Shown here: positions 21,398-30,307 of the stretch, one piece after another | Numbering within the stretch: the first letter of the stretch is position 1 | How the letters are laid out: each line of letters begins with the position of its first letter | Source of the DNA: Armatimonadota bacterium | GTDB lineage: Bacteria; Sysuimicrobiota; Sysuimicrobiia; Sysuimicrobiales; Kaftiobacteriaceae | DNA length: 64,000 nt | NCBI GenBank assembly: GCA_037440005.1 | Contig: JBBIUY010000005.1 | Coordinates: 63,686-127,685 of the forward strand | Reading direction: 5' to 3' | Notes under the pieces: generated by a model | The model's database searches: none | What the model was told of the DNA's origin: nothing | The model's input: the letters and a program-made list of their open reading frames with translations, nothing else | Position numbers and translations under genes: made by a program

Positions 21398-21964
21398 TCA
21401 GCGGGCTCCGGACAGAGACAGCAGCTCGTCGGTGAACGCCCGCATCTGGGCCAGGGTCAGCAGCCCCGTGTGGTGGCGGACGATCGTCCCGTCGGTGGCG
21501 ATGAAGACGGTGGTGGGCATGCCCACCACGCCGAACGCGCGGACGACGTGGCCGTCGAAGGTGGTCCCCGTGGGGTAGGTCACGCCCAGCTGCCGGCGCA
21601 GGGCCTGTCCCTCCTCCCGGGACCCCAGGCCGATGAACGGCCCGACGTCCACGCCGACCAGCAGGTAGCGTCCCGGCCGGTGCGTCTGGTACAGGCGCTG
21701 GAAGTCGGGCATCTCCGCCCGGCAGGGGGGACACAGAGCCGCCCAGAAGTTGAGGACGACCGGCGCGCGCACCCACAGCGCCGACAGGGCGGCGGGAGGG
21801 TCCGGGTCCCTCCCGTCGGCGGCGTAGAAGACGATCTCCATGTCCGGCGCCGGCCGGCGGGCGGGAGCAGGCGCGGAGGGCGCCTCCGGCCGCGGGCGGA
21901 TGGCCACCACGCCGACGCCGACCGCCGCGGCCAGGACCAGGGCGAGCACGAGAGCCCGTCGCAT
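21398..21964 (-). CDS. TlpA/ResA-like thioredoxin-fold disulfide reductase
   Basis: N-terminal anchor; VVLNFWAALCPPCRAEMP; GMPTTVFI. Confidence 0.9.
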   Translation of the reverse strand: MRRALVLALVLAAAVGVGVVAIRPRPEAPSAPAPARRPAPDMEIVFYAADGRDPDPPAALSALWVRAPVVLNFWAALCPPCRAEMPDFQRLYQTHRPGRYLLVGVDVGPFIGLGSREEGQALRRQLGVTYPTGTTFDGHVVRAFGVVGMPTTVFIATDGTIVRHHTGLLTLAQMRAFTDELLSLSGAR

Positions 21965-21967
21965 GGA

Positions 21968-22333
21968 TCAGAACGTGATGATGGTGTATCCGTCCTCCAG
22001 CAACCGCCGCAGGCTGGGGTGGCCGTCGTGGTCTGCGAGCAGCGGGATGGTCTGCGCCTGAATCGTTTCCTGCACGCCGTAGGCGGCGGCGCAGTAGCGG
22101 CAGGCGCCGTACACCGCGTCCCGCACGGCGGCCAGCAGCGGGCCGTAGCGGTGGCCCGGGGAGGTGAGCTCGCCGAGCCAGCGGGTCCCGGCGCCGTCGA
22201 AGACGATCCGCACGTCGTCGCCGGCCTCGTGGAACTCCCTGGCCGCCTCCAGGGCGTTCACCACGCGCCCCAGGTCGCCGCGGGCGTCGGTGCCCGCCAG
22301 GATGATCAGTGCCACACGGTGCATCGGGTCCAC
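21968..22333 (-). CDS. DsrE/DsrF-like family protein
   Basis: GRVVNAL, VRIVFDGAGT, GACRYCA, C-terminal GYTIITF. Confidence 0.75.
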   Translation of the reverse strand: MDPMHRVALIILAGTDARGDLGRVVNALEAAREFHEAGDDVRIVFDGAGTRWLGELTSPGHRYGPLLAAVRDAVYGACRYCAAAYGVQETIQAQTIPLLADHDGHPSLRRLLEDGYTIITF

Positions 22334-22448
22334 TCCTCCGTCGGAGTCGTCCGCCCGGGAGGGCGTGCGTCTTGAGTGTCGCCGGCCGTCCCGCCGGCGA
22401 TCTGTGAGCGCGCTTACACCGGTCCCCGACCGGCGGCGCGGGGCCGCG

Positions 22449-22475
22449 GGAATAGGGATCGGGACGCCCGTCGTC
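22449..22475 (+). promoter_or_regulatory. Candidate ECF promoter GGAAT-N19-GTC
   Basis: gGGAATAgggatcgggacgcccgtcGTC, 23 nt before the glutaredoxin start. Confidence 0.5.
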
Positions 22476-22498
22476 AGACGGAAAGGGGGGAGACGTCT

Positions 22499-22738
22499 GT
22501 GGCCAGGACGGTGGTGGTGTACACCCAGCCGGGCTGACTGTTCTGCGGCAAGGTGAAGGAGTTCCTTCGCCAGAAGGGCGTGCCGTTCGTGGAAAAGGAC
22601 ATCAGCCGGGATCCGGCGGCCCTGGACGAGCTGATGGAGAAGGGGTTTGCCGCCACGCCCGTCACCGTCATCGACGGTGAGGCGGTGGTGGGGTTCAACC
22701 GGTCCCGGCTGGAGCAGCTCCTGGGAGGGTCGTCATGA
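22499..22738 (+). CDS. Glutaredoxin/NrdH-like selenoprotein (UxxC)
   Basis: GTG 22499 with RBS; MARTVVVYTQPG-U(TGA 22535-22537)-LFC-GKVKEFLRQKGVPFVEKDI...TPVTVIDGEAVVGF. The TGA falls exactly at the first Cys of the glutaredoxin CxxC. Confidence 0.88.
22541..22575 (+). promoter_or_regulatory. Candidate bacterial SECIS hairpin
   Basis: Upper stem GGTGAAGG(22552-22559)/CCTTCGCC(22564-22571), loop AGTT, lower stem TTCT/AGAA, immediately 3' of the UGA. Confidence 0.65.
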
Positions 22739-23148
22739 GGTCCCACAGCCTGCAGGACCTGGGCCGGATCCTGGAGTCGGCGCGAACCATCGCCGTGGTC
22801 GGGCTGTCCAACAAGCCCGACCGGCCCAGCTACGAGGTGGCCTCCTACCTCAAGGAGGCCGGCTACCGGATCATCCCCGTCAACCCCACCATCGCGGAAG
22901 CCCTGGGCGAGACGTCCTACCGCAGCCTGCGGGAGATCCCCGAGCCCGTGGACGTGGTGCAGATCTTCCGCCGGCCCGCCGAGGTGCCGTCGGTGGTGGA
23001 CGACGCCATCGCCATCGGGGCGAAGGTGGTGTGGATGCAGCCCGGGGCGGAGAACGAGGAGGCCGCGGCCCGGGCGGAGGCCGCCGGGCTGGTGGCGGTG
23101 GTCGGGGCCTGCATGATGACCGTGCACCGGGCGCTGGCCCGGAGCTGA
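22735..23148 (+). CDS. CoA-binding protein (YccU-like)
   Basis: TIAVVGLSNKPDRPS, IIPVNP, VDVVQIFR, VWMQPG, C-terminal CM. Confidence 0.9.
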   Translation: MRSHSLQDLGRILESARTIAVVGLSNKPDRPSYEVASYLKEAGYRIIPVNPTIAEALGETSYRSLREIPEPVDVVQIFRRPAEVPSVVDDAIAIGAKVVWMQPGAENEEAAARAEAAGLVAVVGACMMTVHRALARS

Positions 23149-23184
23149 CGCCAGGGCGCCGGAGGGGACCAGGGGGAGGCCCTC

Positions 23185-23604
23185 ATGCGCATCGGCGAGC
23201 TGGCGCGCCGGACAGGGGTGTCGCCGCGCACCATCCGCTTCTACGAGTCGGTGGGCATCCTCTCCCCCCGGGCCCGCACCCCGTCCGGCTACCGGCTGTT
23301 CGACGATGAGGCCGTCCGACGGCTGGCGTTTGTCCGACGCGCCCGGCGGCTGGGGCTGTCGCTGAACGAGATCCGGGAGATCCTGGAGGTCTACGACCGG
23401 GGGCAGGCTCCCTGTCCCCGCGTGGTCGCGCTGCTGGAGCGGAAGATTGCCGTCCTCAGCCGGCAGATCGCCGGGTTGCAGGCATTGCGCCGTGAGCTCC
23501 TCACCATCCGCCGGTCCGCCCGCCTGGCCGCAGAGGACGGGCCGCAGCCCCGGTGGGTGTGCCGGCTGATCGAGAGGCCTGCCGGGCGTGCAGGGGTCCG
23601 CTGA
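23185..23604 (+). CDS. MerR-family heavy-metal-responsive regulator
   Basis: MRIGELA...TIRFYE...RTPSGYRLF; Cys in APCP and VCRLIE. Confidence 0.92.
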   Translation: MRIGELARRTGVSPRTIRFYESVGILSPRARTPSGYRLFDDEAVRRLAFVRRARRLGLSLNEIREILEVYDRGQAPCPRVVALLERKIAVLSRQIAGLQALRRELLTIRRSARLAAEDGPQPRWVCRLIERPAGRAGVR

Positions 23605-23610
23605 CGCCCC

Positions 23611-23642
23611 TTGACCTTCCAGCCGTCTGGAAGGTACATCCT
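23611..23642 (+). promoter_or_regulatory. MerR-type operator/promoter of the P1B ATPase
   Basis: -35 TTGACC, inverted repeat ACCTTCCAG-ccgt-CTGGAAGGT (23614-23635), -10-like CATCCT at a 20-nt spacer: the classic elongated-spacer MerR architecture. Confidence 0.85.
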
Positions 23643-23691
23643 GACAGGTGACTTCCCGGCCGGATCCGCCCGCCGGGTGCCGGAGGGCGCG

Positions 23692-26094
23692 ATGGCCACG
23701 GTTCACCTCGGCATCGGAGGCATGTCCTGCTCCTTCTGCGCGGACACCCTGCGCCAGGCCGTCCGCCGCCTGCCCGGGGTGGAGGAGGTCAGCGTCAGCC
23801 TGGCCCACGAGGAAGCCCTGGTGCGGTACGACCCCGCCCGGGTGACCGAGGCGCAGATCGCCGACGCCATCCGCAGTGTGGGGTACACGGTCCGCGATCC
23901 CGCCCGGGCGCGCGCGTACGAGGACGAGGAGGCGGACCTGAGGCGGGAACGGGACCGGCTGCTGGTGGCGGCGGCGTTCACGTGGATGACGGGCGTGCTC
24001 ATGGTCCTCATGTGGGTCGGCCGCCCGCTGCCGGCCGCGCGCTGGCTGATGCCCGCTCTGGCGGCGGGCACGGTGTTCGGCCCCGGCCTGGCCATTCTGA
24101 AGATGGCCGGGGCGTCGCTGCGCCGGGGGATCCTCAACCAGCACGTGCTGCTGGAGCTGGCGGCGTTCGCCGGACTGGCCGGCGGGGCGCTGGGATTCGC
24201 CCGGCCGGACTTCCCCTCAGCCGACTTCTTCGCCGTGGCCACCTTCGTCACCACGTATCACATCCTCTCGGGCTACGCCTCCCTGCTGGTCCGCACCCGC
24301 GCCTCCCAGGCCGTGCGCAGGCTGCTGGCCCTGCAGCCGCCCACCGCCCGGGTCGTCCGCGACGGCCGCGAGGAGGAGGTGCCGGTGGAGCAGGTCCGGC
24401 CGGGCGACCTGGTGCGCGTCCGCCCCGGGGAGGCCGTCCCGGTGGACGGGGAGGTGGTCGAAGGGGCGTCGGCGGTGGACGAGAGCCTGGTGACCGGCGA
24501 GCCCCTCCCCCGGGACACGGGACCGGGGGACGAGGTGATCGGCGGTTCCGTGAACACCTGGGGAACCCTGGTCGTCCGGGTCACCCGGGTCGGCGACGAG
24601 AGCTTCCTCCACCAGGTGGCCCGGTCGGTGGCGGAGGCCCGGGCCCTCAAACCCGGCATCGTCCAGCTGGTGGACCGCGTCCTGCGGTGGTACGTCCCGG
24701 CGGTGCTGGCCGTGGCGGGCCTGTCGGCCGTCCTCTGGACCGCGGGGGCGTGGCTGGTCACAGGCCAGCCGTCCTGGGCGCGCGGCGTCTTCGCCGCCCT
24801 GGCCGTCCTGGTCATGGGCTATCCGTGCGCGTTGGGGATGGCGACGCCCCTGGCGATGATCCGCGGCGGAGGAGAGGCGGCGCGCAGGGGCATCCTGATG
24901 CGCAGCGCCCAGGCCTTCCAGGCCCTCCCGGAGGTGACGACGGTGGTCCTGGACAAGACCGGGACGGTCACCGTCGGCCGGCCGCAGGTCACAGACGTGG
25001 TCGCCCTGGGCGCGGACGAGCGGGAGGTCCTCCGCCTGGCGGCCAGCGCCGAAGCGCCCTCCGAGCACCCGCTGGCCCGGGCGATCGTGGAGCGCGCGCG
25101 GTCGGCGGGCGTCGAACCCGCGCCGGTCCGCGACTTTGCCGCCGTGGCCGGACGCGGGGTCCGGGCGGTGGTGGAAGGCGTGCCGGTGCGGGTGGGCAGC
25201 CTGCGGTTCCTGCGGGAGGACGGGGCGGGCGGGCCCCTTCCCGAGGCCCTGCTCCGGTCCTGGGAGGAGGCGGGCAGGACCGTGGTGGGCGTGGCGGCGG
25301 GCGGCCGGATCGTCGGGGTGATCGCGCTGGGCGACCGGATCAAAGACGACGCATCCGACGCCGTCTCCCGGCTGAAGCAGCTGGGGATCCGGCCGGTGAT
25401 GGTCACCGGGGACAGCGCGCGGGCCGCCCGGGCGGTGGCGGAGGCGGTGGGGATCGAGGAGGTGCGGGCCCAGGTCCTCCCCCAGGACAAAGCCGCCCAC
25501 GTCCGGGCCCTCCAGGCCCGGGGACACCGGGTCGCCATGGTGGGGGACGGCATCAACGACGCCCCGGCGCTGATGCAGGCCGACGTGGGGATCGCCATCG
25601 GGGCCGGCACCGACATCGCCATCGAGTCCAGCGACGTGGTGCTGGTGGGAGACCGCCTGGGGGCGGTGGTGGACGCCTACCACATCGCCCGCACCACCTA
25701 CCGCAAGACCGTCCACAACCTGGCCCTGGCGTTTTCCTTCAACGGGGTCGGCGTGCCGGCCGCCGCCACGGGACTGGTCCACCCGGTGTGGGCCATGGCG
25801 GCCATGGTGGCCAGCGTGAGCGCGGTCCTGCTGAACTCCTTCGGCGGGAGGCTCCTGCCCAGACCCCGTGCAGCGGGTCCGGAGACGAGGGAGATCGTCC
25901 TGACGGTCCCCTCCATGCACTGCGACCGCTGTGCCGACACCGTCCGGCGGACCCTGAGCGGGCTGGCCGGCGTGCTGGCGGTGCGGTCGGACCTGCCGAC
26001 CAGGCGGGTGGCGGTGGTCGTGCGCGGCGGCGTCCGCAGCGAGGACCTCTGCGCCGCCCTCGGCAGGATCGGCCACGTGTGCGGGGACGCGTAG
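23692..26094 (+). CDS. Heavy-metal-translocating P1B-type ATPase with N- and C-terminal HMA domains
   Basis: [34 protein letters not shown]-terminal MHCDRC. Confidence 0.93.
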   Translation: MATVHLGIGGMSCSFCADTLRQAVRRLPGVEEVSVSLAHEEALVRYDPARVTEAQIADAIRSVGYTVRDPARARAYEDEEADLRRERDRLLVAAAFTWMTGVLMVLMWVGRPLPAARWLMPALAAGTVFGPGLAILKMAGASLRRGILNQHVLLELAAFAGLAGGALGFARPDFPSADFFAVATFVTTYHILSGYASLLVRTRASQAVRRLLALQPPTARVVRDGREEEVPVEQVRPGDLVRVRPGEAVPVDGEVVEGASAVDESLVTGEPLPRDTGPGDEVIGGSVNTWGTLVVRVTRVGDESFLHQVARSVAEARALKPGIVQLVDRVLRWYVPAVLAVAGLSAVLWTAGAWLVTGQPSWARGVFAALAVLVMGYPCALGMATPLAMIRGGGEAARRGILMRSAQAFQALPEVTTVVLDKTGTVTVGRPQVTDVVALGADEREVLRLAASAEAPSEHPLARAIVERARSAGVEPAPVRDFAAVAGRGVRAVVEGVPVRVGSLRFLREDGAGGPLPEALLRSWEEAGRTVVGVAAGGRIVGVIALGDRIKDDASDAVSRLKQLGIRPVMVTGDSARAARAVAEAVGIEEVRAQVLPQDKAAHVRALQARGHRVAMVGDGINDAPALMQADVGIAIGAGTDIAIESSDVVLVGDRLGAVVDAYHIARTTYRKTVHNLALAFSFNGVGVPAAATGLVHPVWAMAAMVASVSAVLLNSFGGRLLPRPRAAGPETREIVLTVPSMHCDRCADTVRRTLSGLAGVLAVRSDLPTRRVAVVVRGGVRSEDLCAALGRIGHVCGDA

Positions 26095-26108
26095 GGGAGG
26101 GTCGCCGG

Positions 26109-26645
26109 GTGCGCTACGCGGCGGTGGGAGCGCTGGCTCTGGCGGCGGTCTTGACCGGGTACGCCATCGTCTACCTGGCCACGGCTCCACCGCAGAGGGC
26201 GGGGATGTCGGCGACATCCGACCTGGCGCCCTCGGTGCGGGGGCTGTACCGGGGGGCGGACGTCCTGTTCGTCCACACGGAAGCCTCCGACCGGTCCGTG
26301 GCGGAGATGCTCACGGCCATGACCGGCCGCCGGGTGCTGGTGGTCCCCTCCCTGGCCCGGGTCCCCGGCGGCCTGCTGGCCGACGTCTACGTGTTCACCA
26401 ACGGCGTGTCGGGGACCGGACCGTTCGGCTTTCAGCCCGACGTGTTCAGTTCGGTCCCCGGGGAGCCGGGCTACACCCCGCTGCGGTCGGTGGTCCTCGT
26501 CACCTGGACAGGCAGCGCCACGCCCCGGGTGCTGGGCTCGGTGGAGGAGATCCGCGCCGCCGCCGACAGGGGAGAGCTCTCCCTGAGGCGGACCGCCGTG
26601 GTGGTCAACATGCCCATCCTGGCGTGGCCGGGCGGACACCGCTAG
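26109..26645 (+). CDS. Membrane-anchored single-domain paralogue of 19167-20237 (DUF7482-like)
   Basis: FVHTEASD, VYVFTNG, GFQPDVFSSVPGEPGYTP, VVNMP. Confidence 0.75.
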   Translation: MRYAAVGALALAAVLTGYAIVYLATAPPQRAGMSATSDLAPSVRGLYRGADVLFVHTEASDRSVAEMLTAMTGRRVLVVPSLARVPGGLLADVYVFTNGVSGTGPFGFQPDVFSSVPGEPGYTPLRSVVLVTWTGSATPRVLGSVEEIRAAADRGELSLRRTAVVVNMPILAWPGGHR

Positions 26646-26743
26646 AGTCCCGCCCGGTCCCGCCTCCTTGCCGCCGGGGCGCCGCGTCTGGTAAGGTGGA
26701 CACCTGAGTACGGCGTGCGGAGCGCATCCCGGAGGAGACACCC

Positions 26744-27154
26744 ATGGCGGTCACCGAACCGATGGCGGCGCCGTTTGTGCTGCCGGATTTCTCCGACACG
26801 GTGGTCACGGCCAAGTTCTTCCGCGCCCTGGGCGACCCCACGCGCCTGCGCATCCTCGAAGCGGTCATGGAGCGCGAGAAGAACGTCTCCCAGCTGGTGG
26901 AGCTGACCGGGGCCCCCCAGGGGCGGGTCTCCAGCCACCTGGCCTGCCTGCGCTGGTGCGGCTACGTGACCACGCGCCGGGAGGGCCGCCGCGTCTACTA
27001 CCGGGTGGCCGACCCCCGGGTCCGCAGGCTGGTGACTCTGGCCTCCCAGCTGGTAGCCGACAACATGCAGCGGATCCGCCAGTGCACCATCGTCGACCGC
27101 CGCAGAGGGCGAGCGGTCCGGCGGACACCCCCCCGCTCCCGCAGGACCTCCTGA
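26744..27154 (+). CDS. ArsR/SmtB family metalloregulator (CmtR-like Cys pattern)
   Basis: FRALGDPTRLRIL, VSSHLACLRWCGYV, C-terminal Cys. Confidence 0.9.
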   Translation: MAVTEPMAAPFVLPDFSDTVVTAKFFRALGDPTRLRILEAVMEREKNVSQLVELTGAPQGRVSSHLACLRWCGYVTTRREGRRVYYRVADPRVRRLVTLASQLVADNMQRIRQCTIVDRRRGRAVRRTPPRSRRTS

Positions 27155-27305
27155 CCCCCGGCATCTGATCCGGCCGATCCTTTCTGCCCGCGCGGCGTCC
27201 ACCCGCGCGGTCTGTGTTTCCACCTGTCCGGACCATGCCCTGAACACCGCTGCGCCCGCCCCGATGGCGGGCCACGCCGACCCCGCGCCCCGGCGCCGAC
27301 TCCGG

Positions 27306-27332
27306 GGAATATGCGCGGGAGCACCCCCGGTA
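27306..27332 (+). promoter_or_regulatory. Candidate ECF promoter GGAAT-N19-GTA
   Basis: gGGAATAtgcgcgggagcacccccgGTAcgac upstream of the protease gene. Confidence 0.55.
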
Positions 27333-27371
27333 CGACCTGACGGCAGACCGATCGAGGGAGGATGGGCGCCT

Positions 27372-28175
27372 ATGCGGGATCCGTGGGAGCTGTGGGAGGA
27401 GCGCCGGGAAGGGCGGCGGCGGCGCACCGAGGTCATGGCCCGACGCCGCCAGATCCTGACCACGTTCGAGCGGGAGCGGGGCAGCCGGGCCATCACCCTG
27501 ATCCACCGGCGGGAGCCCTGGGAGGACGAGGCGCCCTACATTACCATCGAGGACTCGGAGTTCGTCCTCACGCAGATCAAGCACACGCCGCCCCAGGTGC
27601 CCATCGACATCATCGTCCACACCCCCGGAGGGCTGGCCCTGGCGGCGGAGATGATCGCCATGGCCCTGCGGCACCATCCGGCCCGGGTCACCGCCATCGT
27701 CCCCTTCTACGCCATGTCGGGGGGAACCCTCATCGCCCTGGCGGCCGACGAGATCCTCATGGAGCGGTTCACCACCCTGGGTCCCGTCGACCCGCAGGTG
27801 ATGGGGTACCCGGCGGGCGCCCTGCTCCGGGTGCTGGACCACAAACCCCTGGCCGCGGTCAGCGACGAGATGATCGTGCAGGCCGAGGTGGCCCGCCTGG
27901 CGATCCAGAACGTCCGGGGCTTCGTCCGGTGGTTGCTGGCGGACCGCCTCCCCGCCGAGGCGGCCGCCCGGCTGGCCGACTTCCTGACCGGAGGCTACCT
28001 GGCCCACGACACCCCCATCACCCTGGAGGCGGTGGCGTCGTTCGGCCTGGCGGTCCGTGAGGGAGTCCCGGCGGCCATCTACGACCTGTTCTCCACCTGC
28101 GAGTTCGGGGTGTGCAAGCGGCCCTGCCTGGCCGCCTACGACCACGCGGGCGTCGGCAGCTCCGCCGTGGCCTGA
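27372..28175 (+). CDS. SDH-family (ClpP/crotonase fold) serine protease
   Basis: ITLIHR, IIVHTPGG, YAMSGGTLIALAADEI, GPVDPQ, HDTPI; Cys-rich tail CEFGVCKRPC. Confidence 0.88.
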   Translation: MRDPWELWEERREGRRRRTEVMARRRQILTTFERERGSRAITLIHRREPWEDEAPYITIEDSEFVLTQIKHTPPQVPIDIIVHTPGGLALAAEMIAMALRHHPARVTAIVPFYAMSGGTLIALAADEILMERFTTLGPVDPQVMGYPAGALLRVLDHKPLAAVSDEMIVQAEVARLAIQNVRGFVRWLLADRLPAEAAARLADFLTGGYLAHDTPITLEAVASFGLAVREGVPAAIYDLFSTCEFGVCKRPCLAAYDHAGVGSSAVA

Positions 28176-28214
28176 GGGGCCGGCCTTTTCCCGGCGTTAT
28201 GAGGAGGTGGTGAG

Positions 28215-29234
28215 ATGCACTGGGTGTTGTGGGCGGTGGCGTTTGCCGCCGTCCACCTGCCGATCGTCACCCTGCTGGCCGACCGGATCCTGGACGTGCC
28301 CGCCCCGCGGGTGATCCGGTCCCTGTGGGTCGCCGGCGCGGCGGCGCTGGCCCTGGTCGTCGGCGTCGCCCGGGGACGGGACCCCCTGCTGCTGGAGGTG
28401 CTGCTGTGGGGCGCCGTCGGCGGGCTGGTGGCCACCGCCGCCCTGGACGTGGTGAGGCTGTTCGGCCACCACGTCCTCCGCGCCTTTCCCGTCGACATGC
28501 CCCAGGTGTTCGGCATGCTGGCCCTGGGACTGGGCCCGCGCCTGCAGGAGCAGACCGTCGCCGCTTTGGTGGGCCACCTGGCCGAGGTCGACCCGCCGAC
28601 CCGGCGGCAGATGATGCACCACAGGCTGGTGGCGCTGGCCAGGCTGCCGGAACCGGTGCGGGTGGCCGTCGTCCGGGGGATGCGCGCGGGCCTGGCGGCG
28701 CTGCCGGACGACCGACGCGTCGAGGTGGTCCAGACCCAGATGAGCGTGCTGGCCGACCTTCCGGCGGAGGTCCGGCGGCCGGTGATGCGGGCGATGGACC
28801 TGGCCGCCGCGGACGACACCGCGCCCGTGTACGCCCAGCCCCGGGGGTTGCCCCGCATTCCCATGGACCTCGCCCGCCGGCTGCTCGCCGTCGCCCTTCC
28901 CCGGGCGATGGCCGCGGCCGGGGTGTCCCGGGCCCGGGTCCTGCTGGCGGGGTACGGGTGGCACGTCCTGAACGGCGTGGGGTTTGGCGTCGCCTACACG
29001 CTGCTGTTCGGGGCCGGCGCCTGGTGGCTGGCGCTGGCGTGGGGTCTATTCATCTGGGCCGGCATGATGGTGACCATGCCCGTGATGATGCCGACCATCG
29101 CCTTCCCCATGCCGAGGTTTCTGGCCGTTCCCTTCGTCGCCCACGTGGTCATGGCTGTGCCCATCGGGTACTACGCCCAGAAGATCACCGCCGCGGCCAC
29201 GGCGGCGAGCCTGCTGGGGGCGTGGCTGAGGTAG
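28215..29234 (+). CDS. Polytopic membrane protein with an internal 19-aa helical repeat domain
   Basis: Strong RBS; TM helices flank EVDPPTRR...RLPEPVR...ALPDDRR...DLPAEVRR (period 19). Confidence 0.8.
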   Translation: MHWVLWAVAFAAVHLPIVTLLADRILDVPAPRVIRSLWVAGAAALALVVGVARGRDPLLLEVLLWGAVGGLVATAALDVVRLFGHHVLRAFPVDMPQVFGMLALGLGPRLQEQTVAALVGHLAEVDPPTRRQMMHHRLVALARLPEPVRVAVVRGMRAGLAALPDDRRVEVVQTQMSVLADLPAEVRRPVMRAMDLAAADDTAPVYAQPRGLPRIPMDLARRLLAVALPRAMAAAGVSRARVLLAGYGWHVLNGVGFGVAYTLLFGAGAWWLALAWGLFIWAGMMVTMPVMMPTIAFPMPRFLAVPFVAHVVMAVPIGYYAQKITAAATAASLLGAWLR

Positions 29235-29295
29235 GCGGCGCGCGCGGCCTCGCCGGCCGGTTTGATGTGCTAAAATGATTTATCCAGAATTCCGT

Positions 29296-30189
29296 ATGCG
29301 GGCACGGGGGGGTGGGCGGTCGGTGGGCCCGGCGGACCGTCCGGCACGGCCGGCGGACGACGAGAGTGTGGCGGCGCGCAAGCGCCGGTTTGAGGAGATG
29401 GTGGCCGCCCACCTCGACTCGCTGTACCGGACCGCCTTCACCCTCGCCCGCCGGCGGGAGGACGCCGAGGACCTGGTGCAGGACGCCCTGACCCGGGCGT
29501 GGCGGAGCCTGCATGCCTTCCGGGAAGGGGAATCCCCCCGCAGCTGGTTGACGGCGATCCTCGTCAACGTCTTCCGCGACCGCTACCGCCGGCTCAAGCT
29601 GTCCCCGCCCGTCGTCCCCCTGGAGGCCGACGACGCCTACGTATACGCGGGGGCCGTGGACGCCCAGTCCCTGGGCGGGGCCAATCCCGAGGACGCGGTG
29701 GGGGCCGAGGAGCTGTCCGACCCGGTGCTGCAGGCCATCCGCGACCTGCCGGTGATCTTCCGGGAGCCCCTCCTGCTGGTGGATCTGGAGGGGTTCAGCT
29801 ACCACGAGGCGGCGGAGATTCTGGGCGTGCTCACGGGGACGGTGATGAGCCGGCTGCATCGGGCCCGCCGGCGGCTGGCCCGGGCCCTGGGCGGGTCGTC
29901 GCCCGCGTCCCGGGAGCACCGGACGCCGCGCCGCCGGCGCCCGGGGCCCCACGCCCGCCGGGTCATCACCTGCGGGGAGGCCTGCCGGTACCTGCACGCG
30001 TACGTGGACGGCGTCCTTGACGCCTCCGACAGCCGGCGGGTGGACGAGCACCTGGCCACCTGTCGGGGGTGCTGCGACCGGCTGGAGTTCGTACGGCGAC
30101 AGAGAGCTCTGCTGGTGGCGCACCACCTGGGCACGACGGTGCCCCGGGCGCTGCTGTCCCGGCTGCAGGCGTTGATCGTGGCGTTCTGA
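29296..30189 (+). CDS. ECF sigma factor fused to a C-terminal zinc-binding anti-sigma (ZAS/zf-HC2) domain
   Basis: Region 2 (AEDLVQD...SWLTAILVN), region 4 (GFSYHEAAEIL...GTVMSRLHRARR), then CGEAC..L..YVDG...EHLATCRGC (HxxxCxxC). Start codon uncertain. Confidence 0.88.
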   Translation: MRARGGGRSVGPADRPARPADDESVAARKRRFEEMVAAHLDSLYRTAFTLARRREDAEDLVQDALTRAWRSLHAFREGESPRSWLTAILVNVFRDRYRRLKLSPPVVPLEADDAYVYAGAVDAQSLGGANPEDAVGAEELSDPVLQAIRDLPVIFREPLLLVDLEGFSYHEAAEILGVLTGTVMSRLHRARRRLARALGGSSPASREHRTPRRRRPGPHARRVITCGEACRYLHAYVDGVLDASDSRRVDEHLATCRGCCDRLEFVRRQRALLVAHHLGTTVPRALLSRLQALIVAF

Positions 30190-30256
30190 CGCCGCGGGCT
30201 CGCCGCTGGGCCTGTTCCCTCCGACCCGGCCGCGGCCGGGGGCGGCTCGCCGGACG

Positions 30257-30283
30257 GGAATGAACGGAGGGGACCGGCCCGTA
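30257..30283 (+). promoter_or_regulatory. Candidate ECF promoter GGAAT-N19-GTA
   Basis: gGGAATgaacggaggggaccggcccGTAgg upstream of the LuxR-type regulator. Confidence 0.45.
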
Positions 30284-30307
30284 GGTCCGTAACGGAGGCC
30301 TTCCCCC

